Virus record (IMG/VR): IMGVR_UViG_3300031993_000041
Location: 1-64,000 of that record
Source: a virus
Taxonomy: Duplodnaviria; Caudoviricetes
Length of the DNA stretch: 64,000 nt
Direction: 5' to 3' (one strand)
The position numbers were made by a program, and so were the translations under genes. The notes beneath the pieces were generated by a model, which was not told the origin of the DNA, ran no database searches, and saw nothing but the letters and a program-made list of their open reading frames with translations. Below are positions 30,181 through 40,574 of this stretch, piece by piece (position 1 is the first letter of the stretch; each line of letters starts with the position of its first letter).

Positions 30181-31947
30181 TTATTTGTACATTTCTTTTA
30201 GTATAGCATTAAGTTTCTTATCCGTATCGGAGCTGTAAACGTCTGAAGGAACGTCATCAGTAAAGAATATGTTGAGGTTGGACAGGGTATCAGGATTATA
30301 TGTCGTATCGAACTTATTGCCGTTCGCATCTTTCCAGCCGCCGCGTGGTATCAAGACAATGCCGTCCGGAACTATAAGGTTGTCCATTTCATCGAATCCG
30401 ATACGAGGGTCAGTACCTTGCTCCACTTTTATTATTTTCTTGACTATGCCATAAACGTCATTTATGGTATCATACTCACGTGTATAATCAGTATAATATC
30501 CGTTCTTTTTCGCGTCTTCGTTTCTTTCATATATAAAGAACACCTGGCATGTATCGACTCCTTCAACAGATTCCACTATCGAAATAATGTCGGACCTCGC
30601 AATAATATCCCTCCTTCTGATATTCTTGTAATATGTGTTGAGCTTGTCGTATATCGTCGAGCGAACACTATTCTTATCTGCAGTATCAAAAGCTCTTACG
30701 AGAATGTTAATGATATAATGCTCTATTATGAGGGAATCTATTACGATATTCGTATTTACCACAGAATAGCCAGAATTGATTATAAGCGACTTTATGTTAT
30801 CGATTTCATCAGGCTTCGGAAGCATCCTTTCTTCAGGCACAGTGAAATAATCATAACCTTCTGAATAATATCCGTCGATATTCTTTAATAAAGTTATATA
30901 CACTATGCCTGCGTCATCCCTGTATCCTTCTTTTGTCACATTCACGTCAACAAAAGAATAGTCGTCATACCTCATCAGATATGACCTGTAATTATCTGCT
31001 GTCGCAAGAACAAAGCTACGGCTTGTCTTAGGCGCTATAAGCTTTGTAAAATTCAAGTCTTCATAATCAGAACCTGACCTTGCGTTTTCAAGTACTCTGA
31101 CGCTCAGGTTCTCGTTGAGGTCAATCTCTTCGCCTTTTGAAGAAACACCTTGTCCGTCAAACGTAAATTCAACAGTTGAAAGGTCCATATTACCGACAGC
31201 GCCGTCTGTCAATACATATTTTACGCGAATGACAGCTCCTGCTGTAGGTATCTTTCCAAAATTACCGTTTCCGAAAAATACCGTAAGGCCTGCTGTCATG
31301 CCAGTCTTCAAAATATATGACTCTTCGCCTTCGTTCATGTCATACAAAGATTCTTTCTTATTCCACTTTTCATCGTTGACATATACATCAACTTTCCAAT
31401 GGTCGGTCATCTTCTTTGTAATGACATCAAAACTCTGCAGCATCGAACCATCTGAAACGAATACCTGCTCTTCAACAACACCTTGTATTATCTCGACATT
31501 TACTCCCTCAGAGGATTTCGTGTTAATTGTAATGCTGTCCTTGCCGGCATTTATAAAGTATTTCAGCTCAGAATTCGGAACTGAAAGAGTCATACCGTCC
31601 TGAATCCTGATATAAGAGCCGTCTATACCGGAGGCCGTGGCGTTAGCCGCTATGTTGATTACAGCTTTTGCAGAAGAACCTCTGAACGCATTATGTCCAT
31701 TCAAACTTGCAAGGCCGTATATACCTGCAGGACTTGTCGCAGTTTCTATATTAAGGTTCTCTTCGGCATGAGAAAGATATGTCATAAACATTTCGAACAG
31801 GTTGGATATAGTCATAAGAATCTGGCCGAACGGACTTGACGCAGTGAACACCTGCTGAGATTGTCCATACAGCTCAGTAACTTTATCAACTGCCTGTTGT
31901 ATGATTCCGGCGGCCGTTATCCTTGACCTGTCAAAAAAACTTCCCAT
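30181..31947 (-). CDS. Baseplate wedge protein (T4 gp6-like)
   Basis: GIYGLASLNGHNAFRG..A, VFFGNGNFGKIP..GA.I.V.Y..TDG..GN, LATADNY. Confidence 0.8.
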   Translation of the reverse strand: MGSFFDRSRITAAGIIQQAVDKVTELYGQSQQVFTASSPFGQILMTISNLFEMFMTYLSHAEENLNIETATSPAGIYGLASLNGHNAFRGSSAKAVINIAANATASGIDGSYIRIQDGMTLSVPNSELKYFINAGKDSITINTKSSEGVNVEIIQGVVEEQVFVSDGSMLQSFDVITKKMTDHWKVDVYVNDEKWNKKESLYDMNEGEESYILKTGMTAGLTVFFGNGNFGKIPTAGAVIRVKYVLTDGAVGNMDLSTVEFTFDGQGVSSKGEEIDLNENLSVRVLENARSGSDYEDLNFTKLIAPKTSRSFVLATADNYRSYLMRYDDYSFVDVNVTKEGYRDDAGIVYITLLKNIDGYYSEGYDYFTVPEERMLPKPDEIDNIKSLIINSGYSVVNTNIVIDSLIIEHYIINILVRAFDTADKNSVRSTIYDKLNTYYKNIRRRDIIARSDIISIVESVEGVDTCQVFFIYERNEDAKKNGYYTDYTREYDTINDVYGIVKKIIKVEQGTDPRIGFDEMDNLIVPDGIVLIPRGGWKDANGNKFDTTYNPDTLSNLNIFFTDDVPSDVYSSDTDKKLNAILKEMYK

Positions 31948-31963
31948 CTTCTTATATTTTTAA

Positions 31964-32485
31964 TTATTTATTCTGTTGCTGGCTCTGCTGATTCTGGTTT
32001 TGATTCTGCTGGCTTTGCTGATTCTGATTTTCTTTTTGTTCCGAGCTTTCAGATTGTTCCGAACTTTCAGACTGCTCAGAGCTTTCAGATTCTTCGGCAG
32101 CCTTTATATAAGGGTCTATATTTTTTACGAATGTATCTGGAGAATCATTAGTATATGTTGTGAATACAGGCGTCGTGCCGTTCATTATCGATATGACGTC
32201 ATTTATATTATTGTCAATACATCTTATCGTATATTCAGTTTTCTTGTCTGAAAGCATCTTAAAAATGTCGTCAGCATTCATCCATCTTTTCGCAACTTCA
32301 CTATACATCGTCCTCGGACTCTTACGTATACAGTTGTTTATCATATCAGCAGTTACTTCGTCTTTTGGGTCCGTATGTAAAAGATACCTTATGAACTGCA
32401 CAAATTTACCTTTGACGTCCTTATATACCGGAGTCGCTGTTATAAACTCCGAAAATGTCTTTAATTGTTCGTTTATTGCATCCAT
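31964..32485 (-). CDS. Hypothetical protein with SEQSES repeats and Q/N-rich tail
   Basis: C-terminus EESESSEQSESSEQSESSEQKENQNQQSQQNQNQNQQSQQQNK. Confidence 0.6.
   Translation of the reverse strand: MDAINEQLKTFSEFITATPVYKDVKGKFVQFIRYLLHTDPKDEVTADMINNCIRKSPRTMYSEVAKRWMNADDIFKMLSDKKTEYTIRCIDNNINDVISIMNGTTPVFTTYTNDSPDTFVKNIDPYIKAAEESESSEQSESSEQSESSEQKENQNQQSQQNQNQNQQSQQQNK
31975..32095 (-). repeat. 18-bp coding tandem repeat (about 3 copies) plus Gln/Asn microrepeats
   Basis: ttccgagctttcagattg / ttccgaactttcagactg / ctcagagctttcagattc on the plus strand. Confidence 0.75.
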
Positions 32486-32508
32486 GACAATATATTTTAA
32501 TTCTTATA

Positions 32509-34074
32509 CTATTTATTTTGAATTATGTTAAAGAGGTTATCGACATCTGCGAACATTACAGGGTTTATGTCTACGGTGTCGTATGTCATCTTCAGCGAGC
32601 ATTGAACACTTTCGGATTTCAGGTTTGTGTTAACGTCATGAAGTCCGTCAAAGCCGGTTTCGATAATCTTGCATCCAGTCAGATATACCTCTACTACCGA
32701 TATATGCTCCGACAACAGCTTCAATACATAATCATTAAAGTCTTCGTCGACGCCGTTGATATTCGCTCTCCTGTCAGTTGTCTTATTCATAAAGTCAATC
32801 AGGCTTTTTCCTATCATAGACCTGTTGTTTCTGAATGACCTGAAGTCATAGATGAATAAAGACATATTGAATTTCCTGAGATTCGACGGAATTTTCTCCC
32901 TTTTATATTTCGTATCTCTTACTGCTTCATTGTAAGACATAAGCATCCTCGTAATCGTCATTTTCACGTCTTCAAGCAGTTTCAGCGTCAATTCATTCTT
33001 CATCTCACCTGAAAGGTTGTATGCGGCGTTAAAAATATCCTGTACTCCTTCCACAGATGTTATGACATATTGCCTGTTGTCATTGATATTCTTTATAGTC
33101 TGATAAAACCTTATAAGGTTCATTACGGAATTCGGAGAACTAAGCACTTGTCCGTCATTCGTTTCAGGCGTTCCGCTGAGCAAACTTTTTGTATTCGACG
33201 CCTTGTCTACTTCTTGCTGCTTAAGCTCAGTATATATATTAAGTTCTTTCCTGAGTTCTTCTATTCTGTTGTCAAGAGCGGCAACCTCATTTTTAGCAGA
33301 CTCTATCCTTGCCTTATACATACTGTATTGCTCAGGAGGCACAGCGCTCGCTGCAGCTCGGAGGTCTCTTGTTTCCGAAAGAACGTCAAGCGTGTCAGTT
33401 ATGCCAGATATTGATACCTCTGCCTGCTTTATCTGATATAATGAAACAAGGTCAAGGGTATCGTCTCGTAGGTCTTCAAGACGCTTAATTTCTTTTTCCA
33501 GATTTTTTATGATTTGGTCATATTCGTCTGCTTTCGAGCTAACTATCTGAGGTTCAGCTGCTTTGTCCTTACTGCCGCTGACATATACCATGTCAGAAAG
33601 ATAAAGATATTCAATAGCGCCGTACGGTTCGACATAAAGCTCTCTTTCTCTTTTTCCAAGTATCGGACCGACAAGCTTCTTCTGGATTTTCTCCATAAAA
33701 TTAGTGCCGAAAGAATTATTATAACCATCGCATAGGCTCGCAAGCTTGCTTGACACTATACGTGATTTGTCGGTATAATCGTCTATTCTTTCAAACAGAT
33801 AAAGGTCCTTAAACAGAGGAGAGGTGTCGAAATCTATGTAAAACGAAAACCCTGTAAGCAAAGGGTCTGTCATTACGATGTCGTTAACAAACTTGTTCAA
33901 GTCTGAACGCGTATGTATCGAAGTCGAATTAAGGCCTATGCCGCCTGTATAATTACGAACGAGTGATTCAGCGTATTTGCTTTCATATTCCCTGTTAACT
34001 TCGTTCTTTACAGACTCAGCTTGTTCCTTCGTCCTCTTTGTGTCATCGTATGTCCGTTTTTCAAAAATTCCCAT
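32509..34074 (-). CDS. Probable tail-tube-fold/baseplate structural protein with central coiled-coil insertion
   Basis: DPLLTGFSFYIDF N-terminus; ITSVEG...LEDVKM.I...P.NLRKFNMSLFIYD C-terminus; TATAAATA at 34101-34108. Confidence 0.45.
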   Translation of the reverse strand: MGIFEKRTYDDTKRTKEQAESVKNEVNREYESKYAESLVRNYTGGIGLNSTSIHTRSDLNKFVNDIVMTDPLLTGFSFYIDFDTSPLFKDLYLFERIDDYTDKSRIVSSKLASLCDGYNNSFGTNFMEKIQKKLVGPILGKRERELYVEPYGAIEYLYLSDMVYVSGSKDKAAEPQIVSSKADEYDQIIKNLEKEIKRLEDLRDDTLDLVSLYQIKQAEVSISGITDTLDVLSETRDLRAAASAVPPEQYSMYKARIESAKNEVAALDNRIEELRKELNIYTELKQQEVDKASNTKSLLSGTPETNDGQVLSSPNSVMNLIRFYQTIKNINDNRQYVITSVEGVQDIFNAAYNLSGEMKNELTLKLLEDVKMTITRMLMSYNEAVRDTKYKREKIPSNLRKFNMSLFIYDFRSFRNNRSMIGKSLIDFMNKTTDRRANINGVDEDFNDYVLKLLSEHISVVEVYLTGCKIIETGFDGLHDVNTNLKSESVQCSLKMTYDTVDINPVMFADVDNLFNIIQNK

Positions 34075-34099
34075 GTTGAAATCGATATAAATGCTTATA

Positions 34100-34342
34100 C
34101 TATTTATAGTCGACTTCTTTCCAGAAATCCAAAGGACATTTTTCTTCCGGGAATAATATCTTAAGTCTTATGAAACATCCGCATAAACCGCACCTTCTGA
34201 ATATAAGTCCACGGCGTGACAGGCAAAAGTCGCACATGAGCATGCGTTTCTCCCTTACATATTTTGGTGTAATAATACAACCGTTCTTAAATTCCTTGAG
34301 AACAGCTGACACAAAAGCTGATATTTTGCTATGCTTATTCAA
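34100..34342 (-). CDS. Small Cys-rich protein
   Basis: R..MCDFC...RCGLCGCF..LK....E.CPL..W. Confidence 0.6.
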   Translation of the reverse strand: MNKHSKISAFVSAVLKEFKNGCIITPKYVREKRMLMCDFCLSRRGLIFRRCGLCGCFIRLKILFPEEKCPLDFWKEVDYK

Positions 34343-34769
34343 TTGTTATATTGATATTCGTTTGCCCTCGCAGCTTTGACAGAAGTTTTTCCATTACAAC
34401 CCTCGAATTGATAACTCCCCCCTTTATCTTATTTTCGCCGACAATGATACATCCAAGGCTGTCTTCCGCTGTGTTTCCGCTATGTATCCTAATCCCTGAA
34501 AATCCTATTACGCCATTTATGAGAGGCAATGTCTTCTTAAATTTAGACGAGTATGTCAGAGTGACTTTATATTTACCTGAAGGTATCGCCGTCTTACCAT
34601 ATACCTTTTGCTTCTTGATTTGCTGCAGGGTCATTTCCTGTGTAAGCCCTCTGTCCGCGTCTTCAATCGTATCACAAAAGTATACGTTGTCAATATACAT
34701 TTTACCGATAGTGTACGACTCTTTCTTATACAGACGCACAACTTTAATCTCAATAGATTTTTTAGCCAT
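34335..34769 (-). CDS. DUF5675-family protein (putative peptidoglycan peptidase)
   Basis: TIGKMYID..YFCDTIED, TAIPSGKY, F.GIRIHSGNT..DS.GCI.VG; next to holin. Confidence 0.8.
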   Translation of the reverse strand: MAKKSIEIKVVRLYKKESYTIGKMYIDNVYFCDTIEDADRGLTQEMTLQQIKKQKVYGKTAIPSGKYKVTLTYSSKFKKTLPLINGVIGFSGIRIHSGNTAEDSLGCIIVGENKIKGGVINSRVVMEKLLSKLRGQTNINITIE

Positions 34770-34780
34770 ATTATGAAGAT

Positions 34781-35263
34781 TTAAATTTCGCTTTCGTCAT
34801 CTTGACTGTCATCAGAACCAAGTTTCTTCTCAAGTTCCTTCTCAAGATATTTCTTTATTTTCGGCAGAACCGGTATGTTAGGCCAGATTATCATCATATT
34901 TGCAAGAATCGATAAAGTCTCAGATATGAACAGTGCTGATGACACTATATTTCCAAGCATGTCTATTCCTACAAATTTATCAAGGCCTCCAGCTATAAGG
35001 TATCCCAATGAATAAAATATGATTTTTCCGACAACATTCTTGACCCTCGCAGACCTTAGGTTTCCTTTCTTCGCATTTATCACCATTGCCATTATCCAGT
35101 CGACTACAACAAGTATGAATACGAATACAACCTCATCTTTATATGGTATCAGAATTGATAGTAATAATGTTGATATATATATGAAAAATTCTTCGATGTT
35201 TGACAGAACTCCGCCAAACACATCTTTAAACTTAATCGCCGCATTTATAAAACTCTCTTTCAT
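34781..35263 (-). CDS. Phage holin (holin_4_1-like)
   Basis: Three TM segments; V.VDWI, S...KNVVGKII.Y, E.LSI..N; acidic C-tail. Confidence 0.72.
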   Translation of the reverse strand: MKESFINAAIKFKDVFGGVLSNIEEFFIYISTLLLSILIPYKDEVVFVFILVVVDWIMAMVINAKKGNLRSARVKNVVGKIIFYSLGYLIAGGLDKFVGIDMLGNIVSSALFISETLSILANMMIIWPNIPVLPKIKKYLEKELEKKLGSDDSQDDESEI

Positions 35264-35292
35264 TTTATTTTTCTCCTTTACATATTTATGAA

Positions 35293-37101
35293 TTATGGCG
35301 CGACGAACTTCTTCGTATCCTTAACTACTTCTTTTATAGCAGCTTCCGTTATCGCGTTACCTGTCGTGTCACGTCCACCGACCAAGACATCGTAAAGAGC
35401 GTTCGATATAGGATAGCGCTCGTCTTTGCCATTTGCGTTTGCTGTTTTCTTTTTCTGATTTGTTTCAATAGGTATGTAGATTCTGCCACGTCCTGCATTG
35501 AATATCGACTGCATACCAGCAATATCCCTCGGCATACCGTGAGCAAGCGTTACCGTAAAGGTTATCTCTGTAGGGAAGTCATCTTTTCCCAACTCATCAT
35601 TGAAAGACATAGATACATCCTTCAATATAAGATTGCCTATGACGGCAGTAGGATTCAAAGGATTTCCTATGACAAGATGCCAGCATCCTACAGGGTCACC
35701 CGACAACAAGGCTTTCGGTATATTGCCAACTGTCTGGTCGCTTCCGTCTCCAAGAATATTCGACATCAAGGCTTCAAAACTGCCTGCTATGAAATCTTTT
35801 GCAAGCGCGAGCCACTTCGCTACACCTTCTTTTCCGCCGACGCTGCTGCCTCCACCGCCTTTTTGTTTCGGCATGAGGTTATCAGATATATCCTTGAAGA
35901 TACTTTTGACATACCCTCCGTAATCACCGGAAGCAAGCAGTTTCTTATCACCAAGTTCAGGAGCCGCTGGAGAATTCGTATAATGAATCGCTCCTCCCCA
36001 GAATGTAGCGTAATTGCCTGTAAGAAGCATAAAGTTACTCATAAGGTCAAGGAACGCTGTTTTAGGGTTTACAAACTGAAGGCTCCTTATGTCATACTTG
36101 AATGTCAGCTTGATGTCATGATTAAACGTAATACCAGGCATTCTCCACTGTACGCTGTCTATCCTGTTCTGAGGTCCTATCTGGTCACGATAGTTTTGAT
36201 AGAACAAATCCTTTAATCTGTTCTTTGCGTTATATTTTTGTTCAGTCGCACCGACTCCAGTCATAGTATCTACTACGCCTCTTGCGATGACATCTGCTGC
36301 TTTCGGGTATTTACCTGCAAGGTCACCGACTTTCGGTATATTACCGAACCATTTCGTAAACTGCTTGTCCATAGGTCCGTTAGGGTCCTGCATAGTCTGT
36401 ATCTCTGATTTCCTTTCTTCCCAGTTCATACCGAACGTCATACTAAGAAGTTCTGACAACTTATTTGTATCATTGATATATGTACATGCCGTCGCTATCG
36501 CCCTATGCCTTTTCGGATATTGATTCAGTTCATTTATCTTATCTGCATTTATTCCAAGTCCAAACATCATATCGGTCGTAGGCATTGTATATCTGCGAAG
36601 GGTTATAAGCCTGTTATTCGTTATCTTGCCGTAATCAGAACAGAAAATGAAGTCTTGCAGCCTGTAGCTTGCAAGTCCGTAAGGGTCAAGAGAGCTGCTT
36701 TTGCCGTTATAGGTATCTATGATATTTTCTACAGTAGGGTTGTTTCTTTTCTTTAAGAATTCCTTAAATTCATCATTTGCTTTCATACATGCCAGGTAAT
36801 CAGAGTAATTCGTATAGAAATCACTCATGATTTCTTCATCACTTTTATTTTCTTCCGTAAGAGGAGATGCTATGCTCTTTAAGGACCGGCAGTTTACTGT
36901 CATTTCATCCCTGAATATACTTTGAGGAGCCCTTACGTTTTTTCCGCCAACCGTCAGCTCTGCCGCAACAGACTTGTCAGTTCCTTCGGCGATTTTCGTA
37001 GTCATGAATTGCCTTTTACCGTTTGCTGCTGAAGCTAAATCTGTTGTGCTCGCGTTCAACGGTGAAATATTCATTAAACTGTCATAATAGAAACCTGCCA
37101 T
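35293..37101 (-). CDS. Probable baseplate/tail-tube-cap structural protein (gp48-like)
   Basis: NNRLITLRRY..P, FNHDI.L.F.Y, WHLVIGNPLNP..VIGNLIL..V...F.DELG.DDFP; late promoter upstream. Confidence 0.5.
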   Translation of the reverse strand: MAGFYYDSLMNISPLNASTTDLASAANGKRQFMTTKIAEGTDKSVAAELTVGGKNVRAPQSIFRDEMTVNCRSLKSIASPLTEENKSDEEIMSDFYTNYSDYLACMKANDEFKEFLKKRNNPTVENIIDTYNGKSSSLDPYGLASYRLQDFIFCSDYGKITNNRLITLRRYTMPTTDMMFGLGINADKINELNQYPKRHRAIATACTYINDTNKLSELLSMTFGMNWEERKSEIQTMQDPNGPMDKQFTKWFGNIPKVGDLAGKYPKAADVIARGVVDTMTGVGATEQKYNAKNRLKDLFYQNYRDQIGPQNRIDSVQWRMPGITFNHDIKLTFKYDIRSLQFVNPKTAFLDLMSNFMLLTGNYATFWGGAIHYTNSPAAPELGDKKLLASGDYGGYVKSIFKDISDNLMPKQKGGGGSSVGGKEGVAKWLALAKDFIAGSFEALMSNILGDGSDQTVGNIPKALLSGDPVGCWHLVIGNPLNPTAVIGNLILKDVSMSFNDELGKDDFPTEITFTVTLAHGMPRDIAGMQSIFNAGRGRIYIPIETNQKKKTANANGKDERYPISNALYDVLVGGRDTTGNAITEAAIKEVVKDTKKFVAP

Positions 37102-37140
37102 TATTATAAATATATTTAGAATCCAATATATTTATGTAAA

Positions 37141-39477
37141 ATGCTTATAGTCTTTCTTTCGTGTCTTTCAGAAGACACCTATCAGAATATCAAAGAATTT
37201 AGGACAACGGCGGAACAGCTTGGTGCTGATTTCCTCCATATCAATTTATATAAGGATAAAGTCGAGGCAAAGGGAGATGACTTTATAGTCAACGGCAAAA
37301 AATATGATTTGTCCGAGGCGGTCGTACTTAAAAGAAAATGGGCAATGTCGAAATACGGCCTCGAAGAACCGAAGAAGAAACTTGCAAGCTTCAAGAAAAT
37401 CTTCACGAAATACAAAGTTCCTATCATAAACACGGCGAAAGCAATCGAACTGTGCCGCTCAAAATGGATGACATACAATGTACTTCTTGAAAATGGCGTG
37501 CAAACTATTCCTACAATAAAAGTAAATGCTGAAAATCTTGGTAGCATTCTTGAACGGACTATATTCCCATGTGTCGTTAAACCTGATGAAGGTACAAAGG
37601 GTAAGGATGTAATCTGCTTTAATTCTATGTTTGAGGCAATGTCTAAAATGCAGTCGTTGTTTCAGAAATACAAATTCATGCTCCTTCAGCCGAAAATCGA
37701 CATAGAAAGCGATATACGAATGCACGTAGTCTGTACAAAGGCGAAAAGAACATCAGACCCTGAAGATTATGAGGTAATAGGAGCGATGAAGAGAACTGCT
37801 CCAGACAACGACTTCAGAACGAATTTCAGTATTGGTGGTTCGATACAGTTATATGTGCCGACACCTGAAGAATCTCTTACGGCAATACAGGCTGCAATCG
37901 CGACAGGCTGCAGGTGGTGCGGCGTAGACTTGCTTTATGACAAGTCAGACAACAAAGTCAAAGTGATAGAGGTAAACTCTTCACCTGGAATAACCGGCAT
38001 AAACTCATTATATGCACCTGGGGAAAAGAACATCACATACAGGTTGCTCTCTGTGCTTTCTGGCTATTTCAGCAAAGACTATGAAATATCTGAAGGAAAG
38101 AAAACGATAGTATCGTTCCATGAGCATATAAAGCTTGACGGCATAGATATGATTGGTTGCTTTGATACAGGTAAAGAAGGAAATACTGCATCCCTTACCG
38201 TCGAGGACCTTAAAGACAACGGCGACACCGTTACTTTCAAGCTTCTCGGAAAAGAGATTACAAAAAAGAAAGACGGAACTGTCACTATCGGATATAAAGG
38301 TGCCCAGACAAAAATTAAGAGGATATGCGTCTGGATGAAAATCAGCATTAACGGCAAAGAAAAGAAAATACCTGTTACATTAAAGGAATTTAATTCGAAG
38401 ACTGACAGAGAAAGTGTTAAGAAGCAACTGACGATAGGAACCGACATCATCCATGATTTTGGTTTCATCGTATCACCAGACAGGAAAAAGACGTTCCTTC
38501 TCGGCGAATCTAAAGAGACTGACTGGAAACAAAGGGTATGCTTTCTTAGAAGCGAATGGCCTGACAACTTGAAGGATATTACGATTTCAAGGCTTGTCCG
38601 CGACTTGTTCTATTTCCCGAATATAAAAGATGAATATGATAAAGGACTTACGAAAGACATGCCTTTAATCAATTACATCAATGACGGTTCGAAAAATATA
38701 GAGTTCTATAAAAAGAAATACTCACAAATGAAGAACTTAAAAAATAATTTTGATGTTCTGTCTATATGTAATGACAAGCTTGAATTCTATAAAAGCTTTA
38801 TGTCATGCGGATTCATACCTGCAACATACGATGAAGAAACCATCAGAAAAGTTCCTTATGACCAGAAAATAATAAAGAAACCAGCAAGGGACACGCACTC
38901 CGGCATAGGCATAACTCTTACCGATAAGGGTGACATCATACGCAACGGCATGAACCCAGAATACATCTACTCGCAATATATAGATGTGAAAGACGAATAC
39001 AGGATACTGCTGTATAATAATGAAATTATGCTCTGCTACAGAAGAAGGCCTATGAATAAAGTCTCAAACAAGCTGCCTGAAGAACGCGTACGTTTCGTAT
39101 ACGAGCCAATCGAGCCTGATGCAGAATTTCTGAAAAAGATACATGAGATTTCTGATGTCATCTACAATAAGATAGACTGCAACGGTTTGATAGGTCTTGA
39201 CATTATGGTCGACGGCGACGGTAAAATGTGGTGCCCTGAAATAAACTCCAGAAGCGGTCTGTGCGCCATAGATTTCATCATACTGTATTTCTTTGTCTTG
39301 AAGCACGAGCTTGGTATCAACATATCAGATGATATGATGAGGTACTGCTATGACAACTACCTTCAAGATTTTACAAAAAACTACAGACAGAGGCTTCTTA
39401 AATATTTCGAGCCATCTGAAAATAATATCGACTTTACCGATTACGACAAATTCAAAAACTACTGCAACAAGCTGTAA
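37141..39477 (+). CDS. Tri-domain protein: RimK-like ATP-grasp ligase + retropepsin/RimK-associated protease-like domain + second ATP-grasp
   Basis: VVKP..G.KG, DIR, FRTNFSIGG, GVDL, EVNSSPG; FDTG; then DKLEFY, KKP...SG.G, YSQYID..EYR, GLDI, EINSRSG. Confidence 0.78.
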   Translation: MLIVFLSCLSEDTYQNIKEFRTTAEQLGADFLHINLYKDKVEAKGDDFIVNGKKYDLSEAVVLKRKWAMSKYGLEEPKKKLASFKKIFTKYKVPIINTAKAIELCRSKWMTYNVLLENGVQTIPTIKVNAENLGSILERTIFPCVVKPDEGTKGKDVICFNSMFEAMSKMQSLFQKYKFMLLQPKIDIESDIRMHVVCTKAKRTSDPEDYEVIGAMKRTAPDNDFRTNFSIGGSIQLYVPTPEESLTAIQAAIATGCRWCGVDLLYDKSDNKVKVIEVNSSPGITGINSLYAPGEKNITYRLLSVLSGYFSKDYEISEGKKTIVSFHEHIKLDGIDMIGCFDTGKEGNTASLTVEDLKDNGDTVTFKLLGKEITKKKDGTVTIGYKGAQTKIKRICVWMKISINGKEKKIPVTLKEFNSKTDRESVKKQLTIGTDIIHDFGFIVSPDRKKTFLLGESKETDWKQRVCFLRSEWPDNLKDITISRLVRDLFYFPNIKDEYDKGLTKDMPLINYINDGSKNIEFYKKKYSQMKNLKNNFDVLSICNDKLEFYKSFMSCGFIPATYDEETIRKVPYDQKIIKKPARDTHSGIGITLTDKGDIIRNGMNPEYIYSQYIDVKDEYRILLYNNEIMLCYRRRPMNKVSNKLPEERVRFVYEPIEPDAEFLKKIHEISDVIYNKIDCNGLIGLDIMVDGDGKMWCPEINSRSGLCAIDFIILYFFVLKHELGINISDDMMRYCYDNYLQDFTKNYRQRLLKYFEPSENNIDFTDYDKFKNYCNKL

Positions 39478-39504
39478 AACATAAATAAAGTAAATAAGAA
39501 GGTA

Positions 39505-40569
39505 ATGGAAATAAGGGATTTGATATTATATAAGAAAAAAGACGAATTCATAAAAGACTTCAAAAACGCTCGATTCATACTGCGCAGGAAATATACGTAT
39601 CCTGTCCTGCAGTTTATGAAGAAAGACGGCGAATCTTCTTTTTACCTTTCGTCGTCTATATGCAGTCCTGTCGAAATGACTTATGTCGAAAAGACTATGA
39701 CTTCGATATTCAATCCATATATATCATACCTTGAAACAGCAGCTGAACGCGAAGGAGCGAACATACCTGACGGATGGAGGTTCATTTTCATGTGCTCAGA
39801 TAATTCGTCAATGCTGCTTAAACAAGTTGTCACAGGAAAGACTGTAATACAAGATAACGACAGCCTCAAATTCTGGGCAGGCGTTTTTGGCACGGATTAT
39901 AACGGCTCAGTCTTCGACTCAAAAGATTCAGCAGAAAGCGGCGACATCAACAAAATTATAGCAGACATATTATACGACAGCGACACTTCTAAAAAGAGCA
40001 AGCTGCTCGAGGCGCTCGGCCTGCAGCCTGACGAAAACGACTATTACCTTGTGATAAAAGATAAAAACGAAATATCGGTAGTCATATCGGACGGAGCAAG
40101 CAATATCACTAAAAAACTTGTCAGTGATATGAATTCCGATACGATATATGTCATCTTCAAAGACTTTATAAAATTCTGCGAATCTGAAGACATTAAGACA
40201 TATCTCGAGGATGTCGAAGACAAGAACCCTGTAAGTGTCACTATCGACCTCATCGCCGACATGTTCGCGAAATTCTGTAAAGGCAGATATTGGACAGGCA
40301 TACTTGAAGCAAACACGCTTTCAAAATTTGATATAAACCTTGTAAACATACATAACAAGGAAACTGCAGAATTCCTTAATGAACATAAACCGTTAAGGAC
40401 ATTATTGAAATATATCCTTAAAGTCCTATGCACGTCTTATTACATCATAAAACCGAACGGTATTTACAGTGAGGATTTCGTGGCAGAGGTCAGCAGCTTT
40501 AAGGAAAAGCTCGGCAATATGGTCAAAGACCATATTTTGAACCAAGAACGTCTTACGGTTAAAATTTAA
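39505..40569 (+). CDS. Hypothetical jumbo-phage protein
   Basis: 354-aa ORF with CATAAATA upstream; at most a degenerate ligase-like N-terminus. Confidence 0.55.
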   Translation: MEIRDLILYKKKDEFIKDFKNARFILRRKYTYPVLQFMKKDGESSFYLSSSICSPVEMTYVEKTMTSIFNPYISYLETAAEREGANIPDGWRFIFMCSDNSSMLLKQVVTGKTVIQDNDSLKFWAGVFGTDYNGSVFDSKDSAESGDINKIIADILYDSDTSKKSKLLEALGLQPDENDYYLVIKDKNEISVVISDGASNITKKLVSDMNSDTIYVIFKDFIKFCESEDIKTYLEDVEDKNPVSVTIDLIADMFAKFCKGRYWTGILEANTLSKFDINLVNIHNKETAEFLNEHKPLRTLLKYILKVLCTSYYIIKPNGIYSEDFVAEVSSFKEKLGNMVKDHILNQERLTVKI

Positions 40570-40574
40570 ACGCT

